Below the pieces are notes generated by a model, which saw only the letters and a program-made list of their open reading frames with translations, did not search any database and was not told where the DNA came from. DNA of 64,000 nucleotides from a virus: IMG/VR virus record IMGVR_UViG_3300046004_000518, positions 46,478 to 110,477 of that record. One strand, given 5' to 3'. Position 1 is the first letter of the stretch, and each line of letters opens with the position of its first letter. Of this stretch, positions 28,360 through 39,812 are shown piece by piece. The position numbers were made by a program, and so were the translations under genes.

Positions 28360-29573
28360 TATTCTGCTACCTCAATTGTTTTAACCACTGCGGTCCAGCG
28401 GATTGTTTTATTTGCTGCACCTGTAACATACAAGTTTATACTATTATTTGTGTCGTCTGCTCTAGCGTCAACTGCCCATGTTACATCATCATGTGCTACA
28501 ACAATTTCGTACACATCGCCAACGTCAGCTACTGTACCTGAAAAATTATCCGCACAGCCTTCTAATTCCCATGCGGCAGATTCACCGGTGGCATCAGTTC
28601 TTCTTGCTACGATATGTATATCATACAGTACCGTGGTATTTGTATTTACAGGCATTCTTGTACCTGCACCTACTGTTAGTATCTCTGTTTCTGTGGCATT
28701 AGTTGTTGTGCCGTGTAGGACATATTGACGTGTTACATACGTTCCTGTTCCCTGTGACACAAACCCAGTGACATTAATACTACCTGCGGTAACTGCACCA
28801 GAAACGTTTGCATTGGGCGGATTGAAATCATTATTTTTACCCAACTCTACAGTGGTTCCATCACTGGTAAACATCCATTTACCATTGGTGTCCACACTGA
28901 TAGATTCACTACCAATATGAATTGTGCTACCAGCAAACCAACCTTCGCGCCAACGTTGTGTTGGGCTACCTAGATCGTATGTAATGTTAGCACTTGGCAA
29001 CATACTACCAGTAACTGTAACGTTAGCATTACCAACTAATTGTGTTAAAACAACACTATTGCCAACTGTTAATACATTTCCGGTTTTATTAAAAGTTAAG
29101 CCAGCACTTGCCCCAGTATCTCCACTGTCATTGAATTGAACTTGCGTATTTGCGCCTGCGGCTGCAGCTGAGCCAGCAACAAATGGATTAATAAATGTTA
29201 ATCCCGTAACTCCTAGTGTTATAGGATCTGGTGTGGCCAAATTAAATGTTTTACTGCTGTGAGTATCACCTTCAGCAACGGTAGTAGTCATACCGCTTGT
29301 AACTTTATCATTGGCATCGGCATCTGCAGCACGTATCCAAGTGCCATCACTACCTGTGCCCACAGTGGCTACACGATATATACCATTTTGTTTAGTATCA
29401 CTTTGATCTTTAACTAAAATACGATCTGCGACTGCCAATGATTTGCCGTCAACAGTGTTGGTCATATTACCAGTTGCTAGTAAATTACCCACATCCCCGG
29501 TGGTGGCAACCCGCACACTTTGTTTGTAATCGGAATCGTATATCTGACTGTATCTTGGTCTAGTTAATGCCAT
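28359..29573 (-). CDS. Tail fibre-associated structural protein
   Basis: VRVATT...DRILVKDQ...QNGIY..W.RAADAD module; YDLGSPTQRW; TATAAATA upstream. Confidence 0.7.
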   Translation of the reverse strand: MALTRPRYSQIYDSDYKQSVRVATTGDVGNLLATGNMTNTVDGKSLAVADRILVKDQSDTKQNGIYRVATVGTGSDGTWIRAADADANDKVTSGMTTTVAEGDTHSSKTFNLATPDPITLGVTGLTFINPFVAGSAAAAGANTQVQFNDSGDTGASAGLTFNKTGNVLTVGNSVVLTQLVGNANVTVTGSMLPSANITYDLGSPTQRWREGWFAGSTIHIGSESISVDTNGKWMFTSDGTTVELGKNNDFNPPNANVSGAVTAGSINVTGFVSQGTGTYVTRQYVLHGTTTNATETEILTVGAGTRMPVNTNTTVLYDIHIVARRTDATGESAAWELEGCADNFSGTVADVGDVYEIVVAHDDVTWAVDARADDTNNSINLYVTGAANKTIRWTAVVKTIEVAE

Positions 29574-29599
29574 TGTATATGCTCTTTATCTTATTGTAG

Positions 29600-29607
29600 T
29601 ATTTATA
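29600..29607 (-). promoter_or_regulatory. T4-type late promoter TATAAATA
   Basis: Exact T4 late consensus between a terminator and a structural gene. Confidence 0.7.
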
Positions 29608-29609
29608 CG

Positions 29610-29633
29610 AAAATAGGACCCGAAGGTCCTATT
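29610..29633 (-). terminator. Rho-independent terminator (UUCG loop)
   Basis: AATAGGACC-TTCG-GGTCCTATTTT. Confidence 0.8.
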
Positions 29634-29652
29634 GTCTATAACAATATTACTA

Positions 29653-32600
29653 TTACGCTTGTGATTCTGTAAACGAAATTTGAATTTCTCCACTGGCTGA
29701 TGCAGTAGTAATTGATGTAATGTTAATAGCCAATACCTCTGGACCATCTGGATAAACACCATTACCTGGAATTGCCGAAGTAACTAATTGTTTAACACGA
29801 CTTAAATCCAGCACCCCAGAGTTCGTTTGGTTAACCGGAATAGCAAACAACCGTTCACCACCCGTAGCAGCCGTGCCGCTGGTGTATGTAGGACTAGTTG
29901 CAAATTGAGTGAAACTTGGTTGAAATCCACTTGCCGCAGTATTTAAGTTAATCCATGTTGTTGCAGTAGCATTAACATTAGTTGGATTTAAAATACCCTC
30001 AATTAAGAAACGTGCGTTAGTACCAGTGTAGTTAACAACCATATCATTTAACTCTAATTGCGCACGATTAATTAAGTCACGTGTACCTAAATCACCAATA
30101 ATAGTGTTTGACACACTAGGAGTTAACCGCATCAAGAATGCTGTTTTAACTGCGTTAGCTGTTGCCGGGAATGTAAAGTTCTGCGCACTGTAAGTAAATG
30201 AATAGCCTCGATCTTCATCAAATCCACCATCCATAATTACTGCAGAACCCCAGTGGTTTAACGTTGGTGCTGAGGTACAACTTAATACAGTTACCCCAGT
30301 ACCCTCAGTATGACCCGCAGCAGTACCCATAGTAAATGATTTACTACTACCATCTTGCCATAGTGTAAATGCCGATGCACGTGTCAAATTGCCTAATCGA
30401 TTTAAACTATAATCAATTGATGAATATTTAATAACTTCATTATCAACTACTACGTATACTGGATATGCCACTGATGCTGGCGGAAATTGTGTTGCATCAA
30501 CTAAATCCATTGATGTATCACCTGCGGAAATTGTAGCAATTAATTTATCTGTTGCGCTTTCATTATTTGCTGCATAACGTACCGGTAAATTACCGGAACG
30601 CATATATGCTTCGTCATTCACGTTATTGTTTTTAATACGATGAACCATGATAAATGCACCATTCGGTCCACGTAAACCATACTCAACAAAACCAGCACCG
30701 TACCACGCATATTGAATCATTAACATCTGCATCTTTGTTATATCGACTTGGAAACCACTCGGACCAGTACCATCAATTTTATCTAAATTAAACTGAGATT
30801 GTGGAATACGGAATTCATTTACTAATGCCATTTTAACACGAATTTGATTAGATGCGCCACGCCACGGTGGACTAACTGTCATAGTATTGTTATCTGTGAT
30901 GCTTGTAACAATATGACTCATGCCACGAATAACTACGCGACTATATTTGGTTAATTGTTCTGCAAAACGACATGTGCCATCACCAGAAATTAAATTACTG
31001 CCAACTTCTGTAGTAACAAATCCGCAAAGTTGTAATGTGGCTGAACGTAATACTACATTTAAATTAGTACCAGTGTATTCCCAATATGCACCATTTTGAT
31101 CATCATATATACCAGCACGTACAGTAGACCCGTGCCAGTTAGCTAAATTAATTTTTGGTTGTATATCCATTTTTGGAGTTGCTGATCCTAACGTTTCTTG
31201 AGCAGTAACAGTAAATGAAGAATCACTTGTGATACTAGTTACACGATAATAATTATCATATCCACTTGTTGCAATATTGTTTAATTTAATATTAGCACCG
31301 ATTTGTAAATAATGTTCATTTTCTGTAGTAATAGTAATAGTACTACTTAATGCAGTTGTACCATCGGCTGATATGTTGGCTACATCAAAGTTAGTTGATA
31401 ATAGTGTACCTGAGCTCCAAAATAATCCCTTGCCAGATTGATAACGGAAGTATTTTTTACTTTGTCTTGCAGCCATTGCGCCATGATGTGGAGTACCTGA
31501 ACCAATATTTACACCGCCATCAAACGGTCTATGAATAAAGAAAGCACTTGCTTTAATATAGATTTTAGCAGTTAAACTACCAGACACAGCAGCTCCGGGT
31601 TTTCCTTGATATGTAAATGTAGTTGGAGTAGGGATACTTAAGATTGTAAATGAGCCATCACCCCATGCTACGTTAGTACCAGATAATAAATCAACGTTGA
31701 TTGGTGTACCTGGACTCATACCGTGCGCATATGGTGTTGTGACTGTAATTGTACTCGGTGTTGCTTCATCACTAACAATAGTTGATAATGGAATTGCAGC
31801 ACCAGTAAATAATGCCGCCTTACGAATTTGTGTATCGTAACGATTTAATGGGTAACCAATATTTAAATTAGTTGTTCTACGTGGATAATAGAACATATGA
31901 TTAGTCTCAGCTGTCTGAAGTTGATATATCCCTTCCGTGTTAGCATTACTATGATTTGTTGTACTTATAAATGAATGACTAACACCACCGTGTGCAATAA
32001 CATTAATTCCAATTTGTGGAACGTATGTGCTACCAGCTTGATATAAACCAGTCATTCGTATAGCAATACTTCCTACTGGAGCTGCCGAAATAGCAGTAGT
32101 TCCTACAGTACCACGACTAATTGTGGCGGCATTGGCTACTGCTGTTCCGATTGTAGTAGCTTTAACAATTTCAACGTTTGATCCAGATCCTGTTAATGCA
32201 TCAAAGTTAAGTTTTTGGATTACTGATCCTGATAATAAATTATCAGCACCTACAGTATTCATCCAACTACGATTTATTGACATGTTAACATTACTTTCGA
32301 TACTTGTAATAATACCAATTTCAACATTGCTTATTAAACGTACACTTTGACCACTTGTAATGTTAACATTACCGGAGTTTGTATTTAAACGTCGACGGGT
32401 AACTGTTAATGAGCTACCGCCATTGGCGGTCACCGTCATTAATTCCCACAGGTCAGTAGTATCGGTTTGAACCATAATAGTCGCACCTGTGGCAATAGCT
32501 GCACCGGATCCAACTACCAATGTAGTTGTAGCACCAGACGAAATTGTAGTTGTTACTGTTGTTGTATCAGCGAGACCCAGATATGCTAATAATAGTTGAT

Positions 32601-33318
32601 CGTTTACAGCAAATCCAGCAGTATTAGCTACTGTTAGACTACGTTGATTACTATTAATTACGTTAGCTGTAGTATATGTTTGAACGTTTGCGCCTGCTAC
32701 ATATGGATTAACAATTAACATGTAATCATTTTGTGTCCAGTTTGGTGACGCAACACCGGTTTGATTCATTAACGTAATACTTGTTGTACCAGTACTTGTA
32801 ATTGGAGTTTGACCAATAAATGTTACATACCCTGCGGTATTAGAAGTAAGTTCACTACCCGGTAATTCATATAAACTTGGAATATCGTTATTTAAAAATA
32901 TCGATTGCCATTTAGTATTTTGTAACCCATACTCAAAGTCAGCATCGATTAATGATTTTGGGTTTGATACCCGCATACGTTCAATAGCATCAGTACCAAA
33001 TGGCCATGGTCGTATTGTTTGACTTTCTGCTTCGACGTATACACCTAGACTATCAGCTGCACTCATCGTGGCGGTACTGGTTGTAAATATTAGGGTAGTG
33101 ACACCATCTTGCCCTTGCGGGAAATCTGCATCATATGCCGATGACCATGTTACTACGCCGCCTAATAATGGATCAGCAAAGTTATATATAAAAGTTTGAT
33201 CTGTAGCATTTAATATTGTTAAAATATCTGAAATATCATAATTGCCTGATATTTTAACTTTTCCAACTCCTGCGCCACCTGGTGTAAATACGTAATTTTT
33301 AATTTGTTGTCTTGCCAT
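29653..33318 (-). CDS. Large beta-rich virion structural protein
   Basis: 1221 aa, Thr/Ser/Gly-rich, within the fibre operon. Confidence 0.65.
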   Translation of the reverse strand: MARQQIKNYVFTPGGAGVGKVKISGNYDISDILTILNATDQTFIYNFADPLLGGVVTWSSAYDADFPQGQDGVTTLIFTTSTATMSAADSLGVYVEAESQTIRPWPFGTDAIERMRVSNPKSLIDADFEYGLQNTKWQSIFLNNDIPSLYELPGSELTSNTAGYVTFIGQTPITSTGTTSITLMNQTGVASPNWTQNDYMLIVNPYVAGANVQTYTTANVINSNQRSLTVANTAGFAVNDQLLLAYLGLADTTTVTTTISSGATTTLVVGSGAAIATGATIMVQTDTTDLWELMTVTANGGSSLTVTRRRLNTNSGNVNITSGQSVRLISNVEIGIITSIESNVNMSINRSWMNTVGADNLLSGSVIQKLNFDALTGSGSNVEIVKATTIGTAVANAATISRGTVGTTAISAAPVGSIAIRMTGLYQAGSTYVPQIGINVIAHGGVSHSFISTTNHSNANTEGIYQLQTAETNHMFYYPRRTTNLNIGYPLNRYDTQIRKAALFTGAAIPLSTIVSDEATPSTITVTTPYAHGMSPGTPINVDLLSGTNVAWGDGSFTILSIPTPTTFTYQGKPGAAVSGSLTAKIYIKASAFFIHRPFDGGVNIGSGTPHHGAMAARQSKKYFRYQSGKGLFWSSGTLLSTNFDVANISADGTTALSSTITITTENEHYLQIGANIKLNNIATSGYDNYYRVTSITSDSSFTVTAQETLGSATPKMDIQPKINLANWHGSTVRAGIYDDQNGAYWEYTGTNLNVVLRSATLQLCGFVTTEVGSNLISGDGTCRFAEQLTKYSRVVIRGMSHIVTSITDNNTMTVSPPWRGASNQIRVKMALVNEFRIPQSQFNLDKIDGTGPSGFQVDITKMQMLMIQYAWYGAGFVEYGLRGPNGAFIMVHRIKNNNVNDEAYMRSGNLPVRYAANNESATDKLIATISAGDTSMDLVDATQFPPASVAYPVYVVVDNEVIKYSSIDYSLNRLGNLTRASAFTLWQDGSSKSFTMGTAAGHTEGTGVTVLSCTSAPTLNHWGSAVIMDGGFDEDRGYSFTYSAQNFTFPATANAVKTAFLMRLTPSVSNTIIGDLGTRDLINRAQLELNDMVVNYTGTNARFLIEGILNPTNVNATATTWINLNTAASGFQPSFTQFATSPTYTSGTAATGGERLFAIPVNQTNSGVLDLSRVKQLVTSAIPGNGVYPDGPEVLAINITSITTASASGEIQISFTESQA

Positions 33319-33320
33319 TT

Positions 33321-33725
33321 TTATGTCCCGAAAATAATAGAATTTGCTAACAATCTAGCTTTTAATGTTGCTGATAACTTATCGTACTGTAATGTTGAAT
33401 CTGCAAGTGCAGCATTTGTAATAGTATTATTACTTGGAATACCTGTATCTAATACATCACCGTATACTATCACGTGCCATGTATTTAACCACGCACTCGT
33501 TGGGGCCGTATTAAATACGATTGTAGCATTATTGAAATAATAATCTGCGCCAGGAATTAATACATTACCTGCGCCAACAGCAATAGTAGCATACGGATTG
33601 CTAACTGTGTATGCTTGCCCGGATACGGTGGTGTTAAATGTTGATAACACTCCGTTGAATTGAGTAGAAATATTATCTAACTTAACAAAATTTCCAACTT
33701 GTGGTGTTTGACCTATGTAAGCCAT
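33321..33725 (-). CDS. Small virion structural protein
   Basis: MAYIG start; FNGVLSTF...PGADY...IVFNTAP baseplate/fibre-type module. Confidence 0.6.
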   Translation of the reverse strand: MAYIGQTPQVGNFVKLDNISTQFNGVLSTFNTTVSGQAYTVSNPYATIAVGAGNVLIPGADYYFNNATIVFNTAPTSAWLNTWHVIVYGDVLDTGIPSNNTITNAALADSTLQYDKLSATLKARLLANSIIFGT

Positions 33726-33733
33726 ATATTCTC

Positions 33734-35758
33734 CTAAACTCTACCAACAACTACTTCAATAACACCCTCAGCGCCATCAAAGTCTTCTAATGCTTTACCA
33801 ATTACTGATCCAACACGTGGGTTAGCTTCCGCTCTTGCTTGGCCATTGCCTGCACTTACCATCATATCACCTTTACGTACAGTGCCTTGTACTTTACATG
33901 GAACACGACCTTGTAGTGCTAATGCCACTACATTGTCGCCAGTTAAACTAGTGTTCATCAAATGTGCCGGAGCAGTGGATACAACACCTGCAACACGTGA
34001 GCACATGTCTGCGTCACATTGTGAAACTTCAAACTCGCCACCAAAGTGTAAGACTGTGCCCGGCTCATAGGCCGCATCAGCTGAATAATTTTCTGCCAAG
34101 TCAGCATATTTTGCTGTAGTTGAAACACCACTAAATGTTGTAGCATATACTGTGGCAAATGTTGAACCAACTCCGCCGATATCGCCAACGCCATTTGTAC
34201 CGCTTTTTGCAATTGCCGGAGTTGTGATCTGTGTAGTAAATGTTGGACTTGTACCAAATACTAGTGCACCTGTGCCAGTTTCATCTGTTACAGCTGCTAA
34301 TAAGTTAGCACTCGATGGAGTTCCTAAGAATGTTGCTACACCTGTACCAAAGCTGGTAATACCGGTACCACCATTTGCAACAGGTAATGTACCGGTTACA
34401 TTAGTAGTTAAGCTACAATAAGTAGTCGAAGTAGATCCAGTACCACCTGATGCTATTGGTAATGTGCCTGTGGTTAATGCACTTGTACTTGATGCATAAA
34501 CCGCACCATTTAATGTAAATGATGTTAATCCAGTGCCGCCAACTGTGGTAGCAACTGTTGTGAATCCCGAACCTAGTGTACCATTGGTCAACGTACCTAC
34601 CGCTGTAATACTAGGTTGACTTGCTGTTAATAATGTACCTGTTAAGGTAGTACCTTGAACATTACCTGCATACAAATTGCCAACAACACCTGCTCCACCC
34701 TTAACCTGTAGTGCACCTGTTGTAGTCGATGACGCAGCCTGTGTACTATATAGATAATTAATACCATAGCTAGTTATTGTTGTTTGTACACTTAGGTTAG
34801 CTAAGTTACCAACTGTAGTAATACTAGTACCACCAGCAATTGTACCAAAAATATTATCAGCAGTAATATTACCAACTATTAGATTGGCATAGTTAAAACT
34901 AACATTTGCAGTATCAACCACTGTAGTTGGTTGCACAGTTAAATTATCAAATAATTTATAGTCACCATCTGTAATATCACGGAACAAACCTGTATATCGT
35001 TGTGTACCATCATTATATGTACTTGTGAAACCAGTATCTAAGCTATCGCCTAGGTTGTTATTGGCCAAGAACACAAACGGAGTATCAATAATTAAACTAT
35101 CAGATGATGTAGTATTAAATGCACCAGCAACTGTAAACGCACCAGATACATCTAAACTACCACCAACAAATATATCTTTTGCAATGCCTACACCGCCACT
35201 AACTATTAATGCTCCGGTGGTAGTATTAGTTGATTGAGTTGTACTTTGTATGTGAGTATCACCGGCAACATGCAGAGCTTGAGCTATGCCAACTCCACCG
35301 TTGACTATTAATGCACCAGTTGTTGGTGATGTAGTAGTCGGGTTGTCAGTTACTGTTACTCTAGTATTACCTGATACAGTAAATCCTAACGTAGTTGTAC
35401 TAGGCCAATATATACCAGTTGATGCAGCATCAGCAGAACGAACTGATGGCTCAACTGAGGTTCCGATTGGAAATGCATTAGCATTAACATTAAGTGTAGC
35501 CAGCGCACCAGCTACGTAGGTGATATTAATATTAGGTGTACCAGAAGAAGCTGGTTCAGTAACAAATAATATAGTTTTGTTCTGTGCTGTGTAATCAACT
35601 TCTGGAATCTGTACGGAGCTACCAACAAATACTATTAAGTCGGCGGCTTTACTAACAGCACGATCTAGCGCAAATTCGTGATCAACACCATTACCGGTGA
35701 GTTGCTGAGTACTGGTAGCAACCGTTTTCTGTTGAGGTTGTAAACCAATATAAGCCAT
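33734..35758 (-). CDS. Tail fibre-like protein with C-terminal chaperone-like domain
   Basis: TGALIVxGGVGIA repeats, GTLPVANGGTG repeats, YADLAENY...VIEVVVGRV. Confidence 0.7.
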   Translation of the reverse strand: MAYIGLQPQQKTVATSTQQLTGNGVDHEFALDRAVSKAADLIVFVGSSVQIPEVDYTAQNKTILFVTEPASSGTPNINITYVAGALATLNVNANAFPIGTSVEPSVRSADAASTGIYWPSTTTLGFTVSGNTRVTVTDNPTTTSPTTGALIVNGGVGIAQALHVAGDTHIQSTTQSTNTTTGALIVSGGVGIAKDIFVGGSLDVSGAFTVAGAFNTTSSDSLIIDTPFVFLANNNLGDSLDTGFTSTYNDGTQRYTGLFRDITDGDYKLFDNLTVQPTTVVDTANVSFNYANLIVGNITADNIFGTIAGGTSITTVGNLANLSVQTTITSYGINYLYSTQAASSTTTGALQVKGGAGVVGNLYAGNVQGTTLTGTLLTASQPSITAVGTLTNGTLGSGFTTVATTVGGTGLTSFTLNGAVYASSTSALTTGTLPIASGGTGSTSTTYCSLTTNVTGTLPVANGGTGITSFGTGVATFLGTPSSANLLAAVTDETGTGALVFGTSPTFTTQITTPAIAKSGTNGVGDIGGVGSTFATVYATTFSGVSTTAKYADLAENYSADAAYEPGTVLHFGGEFEVSQCDADMCSRVAGVVSTAPAHLMNTSLTGDNVVALALQGRVPCKVQGTVRKGDMMVSAGNGQARAEANPRVGSVIGKALEDFDGAEGVIEVVVGRV

Positions 35759-35759
35759 A

Positions 35760-36092
35760 TTATGTTATCTCCATGATGCTTAAAACTGCGTCAAGTGATG
35801 TTGCAGAATCACTTTTAATTTTAACTGAATCGCCTTCAGCTAAAATAATTTTTTGTTCGCCACCAATTGGCACTAACGCACCACCTGCGGATATCGGAGC
35901 AGCCTTAACAACGTAATAGTCGTTCGTTCCGTCATTTACTGTAATATCAACTGCTACTGTAGAACCTGATGTATTACAAACAGTTAAACCAACTATTACC
36001 GCAGTAGTATCTGCTCCAACAGTGTAGCTGCCAATTGCCGTTGATGTTACTCCTACGTTTCTACTTAATTTTCTATAAAATGTATTTGCCAT
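35760..36092 (-). CDS. Small beta-sandwich virion protein
   Basis: MANTF...KIILAEGDSVKI...LSIMEIT; in the fibre operon. Confidence 0.65.
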   Translation of the reverse strand: MANTFYRKLSRNVGVTSTAIGSYTVGADTTAVIVGLTVCNTSGSTVAVDITVNDGTNDYYVVKAAPISAGGALVPIGGEQKIILAEGDSVKIKSDSATSLDAVLSIMEIT

Positions 36093-36096
36093 ATAA

Positions 36097-37284
36097 TTAT
36101 CCTAATGCGATCGCTAAAGCGGTTGCGTCATCCGTTGTTGCTACTATTGCTCCACCTACTGTAATTTTGTTTGTAACATCGTTAAAGGTAAGATTTGCAC
36201 TACCACCTAAATCTCCACTACTATTATATTGTATATATGTATCACTACCACCTATTATAACAGCTTTCGATTGTGTGCCACCGCCACCAAATGTAATCTC
36301 TGGTGCATTTATAGTACCGGTGCCATTTAAATTAAAATCTATATTACCGTCTGTGCTTGCTGACAATGTAATAGTTGCACGACCTAAATCTCTATTAGTA
36401 GATAATACTAAATTGTATGCACCAAAACTTGAAATATTAGCTGCTGTACTACCATCACCTACATAAAGATGTGATAGTGCAGTAACAACGCCTGTTCCGC
36501 TTGGGTTAAGTTCAATGTTACCATCATCACTTTGCACTAATGTAATTTTCGGAGCACCTGCACCTGTGTCATTAGTAGTTAATGTTAAATCATAACTACC
36601 TTTAGATGTAACTACGCCAGCGGCACTACCACTACCAACAGTAACATTTCCTGTAACTGCAAGTGCTGTTAATGTGCCCACGGCGGTAATATTTGGTTGG
36701 CTAGCTGTTTGTATATTACCAGTTAAATTAGTTGCATAGACTTCGGCCCATTTCTGATCGGCGCTACCTAACTGATAAGTTGAATCTGTATTTGGAATAA
36801 CATTGCTGTTTACATCTGCACCAAATACAACATTATCTGTATTACTATCACCAAGTGTTAGTGTGCCACCGTTGAGTGTGCTTAAACCATGTACAGTTAA
36901 ATTACCTTGTACTGTTGCATCACCATCTACGTTTAATATGGTTAAATTTCCAACTGAAGTTAAACTAGAATTTACTACGTTTGCGCCTAGTGTTGTTGCA
37001 TTTAGTACTGACTCGCCAGCGATTGCAAATCTATCGCCAGATGCTAAATTAACACCATCTGCATCTACTGTGTGTTCGGTTGTACCGTCAATATTAATAG
37101 TTACTGAAGATCCAGAACCTGTATCAGTAATACTAACGCTGCTGTCGTTTTTTGAAATTTGACTTACACCAAGATTACCTGTGATGACAACGTTGCCTGA
37201 GGTATTGATGTCGCCTGTTGCGGCATCGATTGTTAGTGGGCCCACCGTAAGTCCGTGATGGACTACGAAATTTTTGTTAGCCAT
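36097..37284 (-). CDS. Tail fibre-like structural protein
   Basis: MANKNFVVHHGL start; IPNTDSTYQLGS..KW; ends DDATALAIALG; TAAATA at 37319-37324. Confidence 0.65.
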   Translation of the reverse strand: MANKNFVVHHGLTVGPLTIDAATGDINTSGNVVITGNLGVSQISKNDSSVSITDTGSGSSVTINIDGTTEHTVDADGVNLASGDRFAIAGESVLNATTLGANVVNSSLTSVGNLTILNVDGDATVQGNLTVHGLSTLNGGTLTLGDSNTDNVVFGADVNSNVIPNTDSTYQLGSADQKWAEVYATNLTGNIQTASQPNITAVGTLTALAVTGNVTVGSGSAAGVVTSKGSYDLTLTTNDTGAGAPKITLVQSDDGNIELNPSGTGVVTALSHLYVGDGSTAANISSFGAYNLVLSTNRDLGRATITLSASTDGNIDFNLNGTGTINAPEITFGGGGTQSKAVIIGGSDTYIQYNSSGDLGGSANLTFNDVTNKITVGGAIVATTDDATALAIALG

Positions 37285-37332
37285 TGTTCCATATCTCCCG
37301 AATGTGCTAGTATACAGTTATTTATGCTAGCC

Positions 37333-37364
37333 AAAAAAATAGCACCCTTGGGGGTGCTATTTTT
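37333..37364. terminator. Rho-independent terminator after groEL
   Basis: A7-TAGCACCC-loop-GGGTGCTA-T5. Confidence 0.85.
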
Positions 37365-37386
37365 AGAACAATTAACTAACAGTTAA

Positions 37387-39298
<1,912 letters not shown>

Positions 39299-39301
39299 TT
39301 G

Positions 39302-39324
39302 TTACTCCTTTATTAAGCAAATAA
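39302..39324 (-). promoter_or_regulatory. ROSE-like RNA thermometer hairpin over the groES Shine-Dalgarno
   Basis: UUAUUUGCUU-AAUA-AAGGAGUAA pairs with a single bulged G of UUGCU opposite AGGA. Confidence 0.6.
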
Positions 39325-39361
39325 AAATATGTACACGCCCTAAGTTAGGCACGAAATACAT

Positions 39362-39390
39362 AGTGTATTACAGATAATTACTTATGTCAA
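39362..39390 (-). promoter_or_regulatory. Sigma70 promoter TTGACA-17-TACACT for groES-groEL
   Basis: Perfect -35 and correct spacing. Confidence 0.65.
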
Positions 39391-39812
39391 CTGTTTTCTC
39401 TACTTGTTTGTTCTTGATACCAATCTGCCAAGTCCTCACATAATGGCATTGTTAATGGTAAAAATTCAGCAGGCGCATCGATAAATTTAATGAAGTGCTC
39501 TTCTCGAAGCTCAGTGATAAATTCTAGCAAATCTTCGAGATCAATATCGCAAATCCATTCACTAAGACCTGCTTCTGCGCTTGATATTTTATCTTTAAAA
39601 TAACGTTTGAATTGTCGCTCTGCTATACGAATTTGATTTTCATCTCCAAGCCATACTCGCATGAAACTTTCTTCCCAAACCGGACCTACAGCATTCTGGT
39701 ATGTAGCAAGTCGTGATCGAGCAGTGGTTAGTTGAGCAATGCCCACTTTGAAGTGACGAGGGTCAACAACCCCTGGGCACTTCTTAAAGTATAGAATGTA
39801 GTCTTTAATCAT
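39387..39812 (-). CDS. GIY-YIG/T5orf172-like nuclease-fold protein
   Basis: ILYF...FKVGI...RSRLATYQ...AE...F...EW pattern. Confidence 0.5.
   Translation of the reverse strand: MIKDYILYFKKCPGVVDPRHFKVGIAQLTTARSRLATYQNAVGPVWEESFMRVWLGDENQIRIAERQFKRYFKDKISSAEAGLSEWICDIDLEDLLEFITELREEHFIKFIDAPAEFLPLTMPLCEDLADWYQEQTSRENS

Noticed and set aside
16416-34164. Possible DGR template/variable repeat pair (16416-16489 versus 34091-34164)
   Set aside because: Both copies are coding, the four differences are synonymous and not adenine-specific on the coding strand, and no reverse transcriptase is in the window
39325-39360. Possible CIRCE or sigma32 element upstream of groES
   Set aside because: The inverted repeat GCCTAACTTAGGGC does not match TTAGCACTC-N9-GAGTGCTAA, and no CTTGAA/CCCCAT pair was seen
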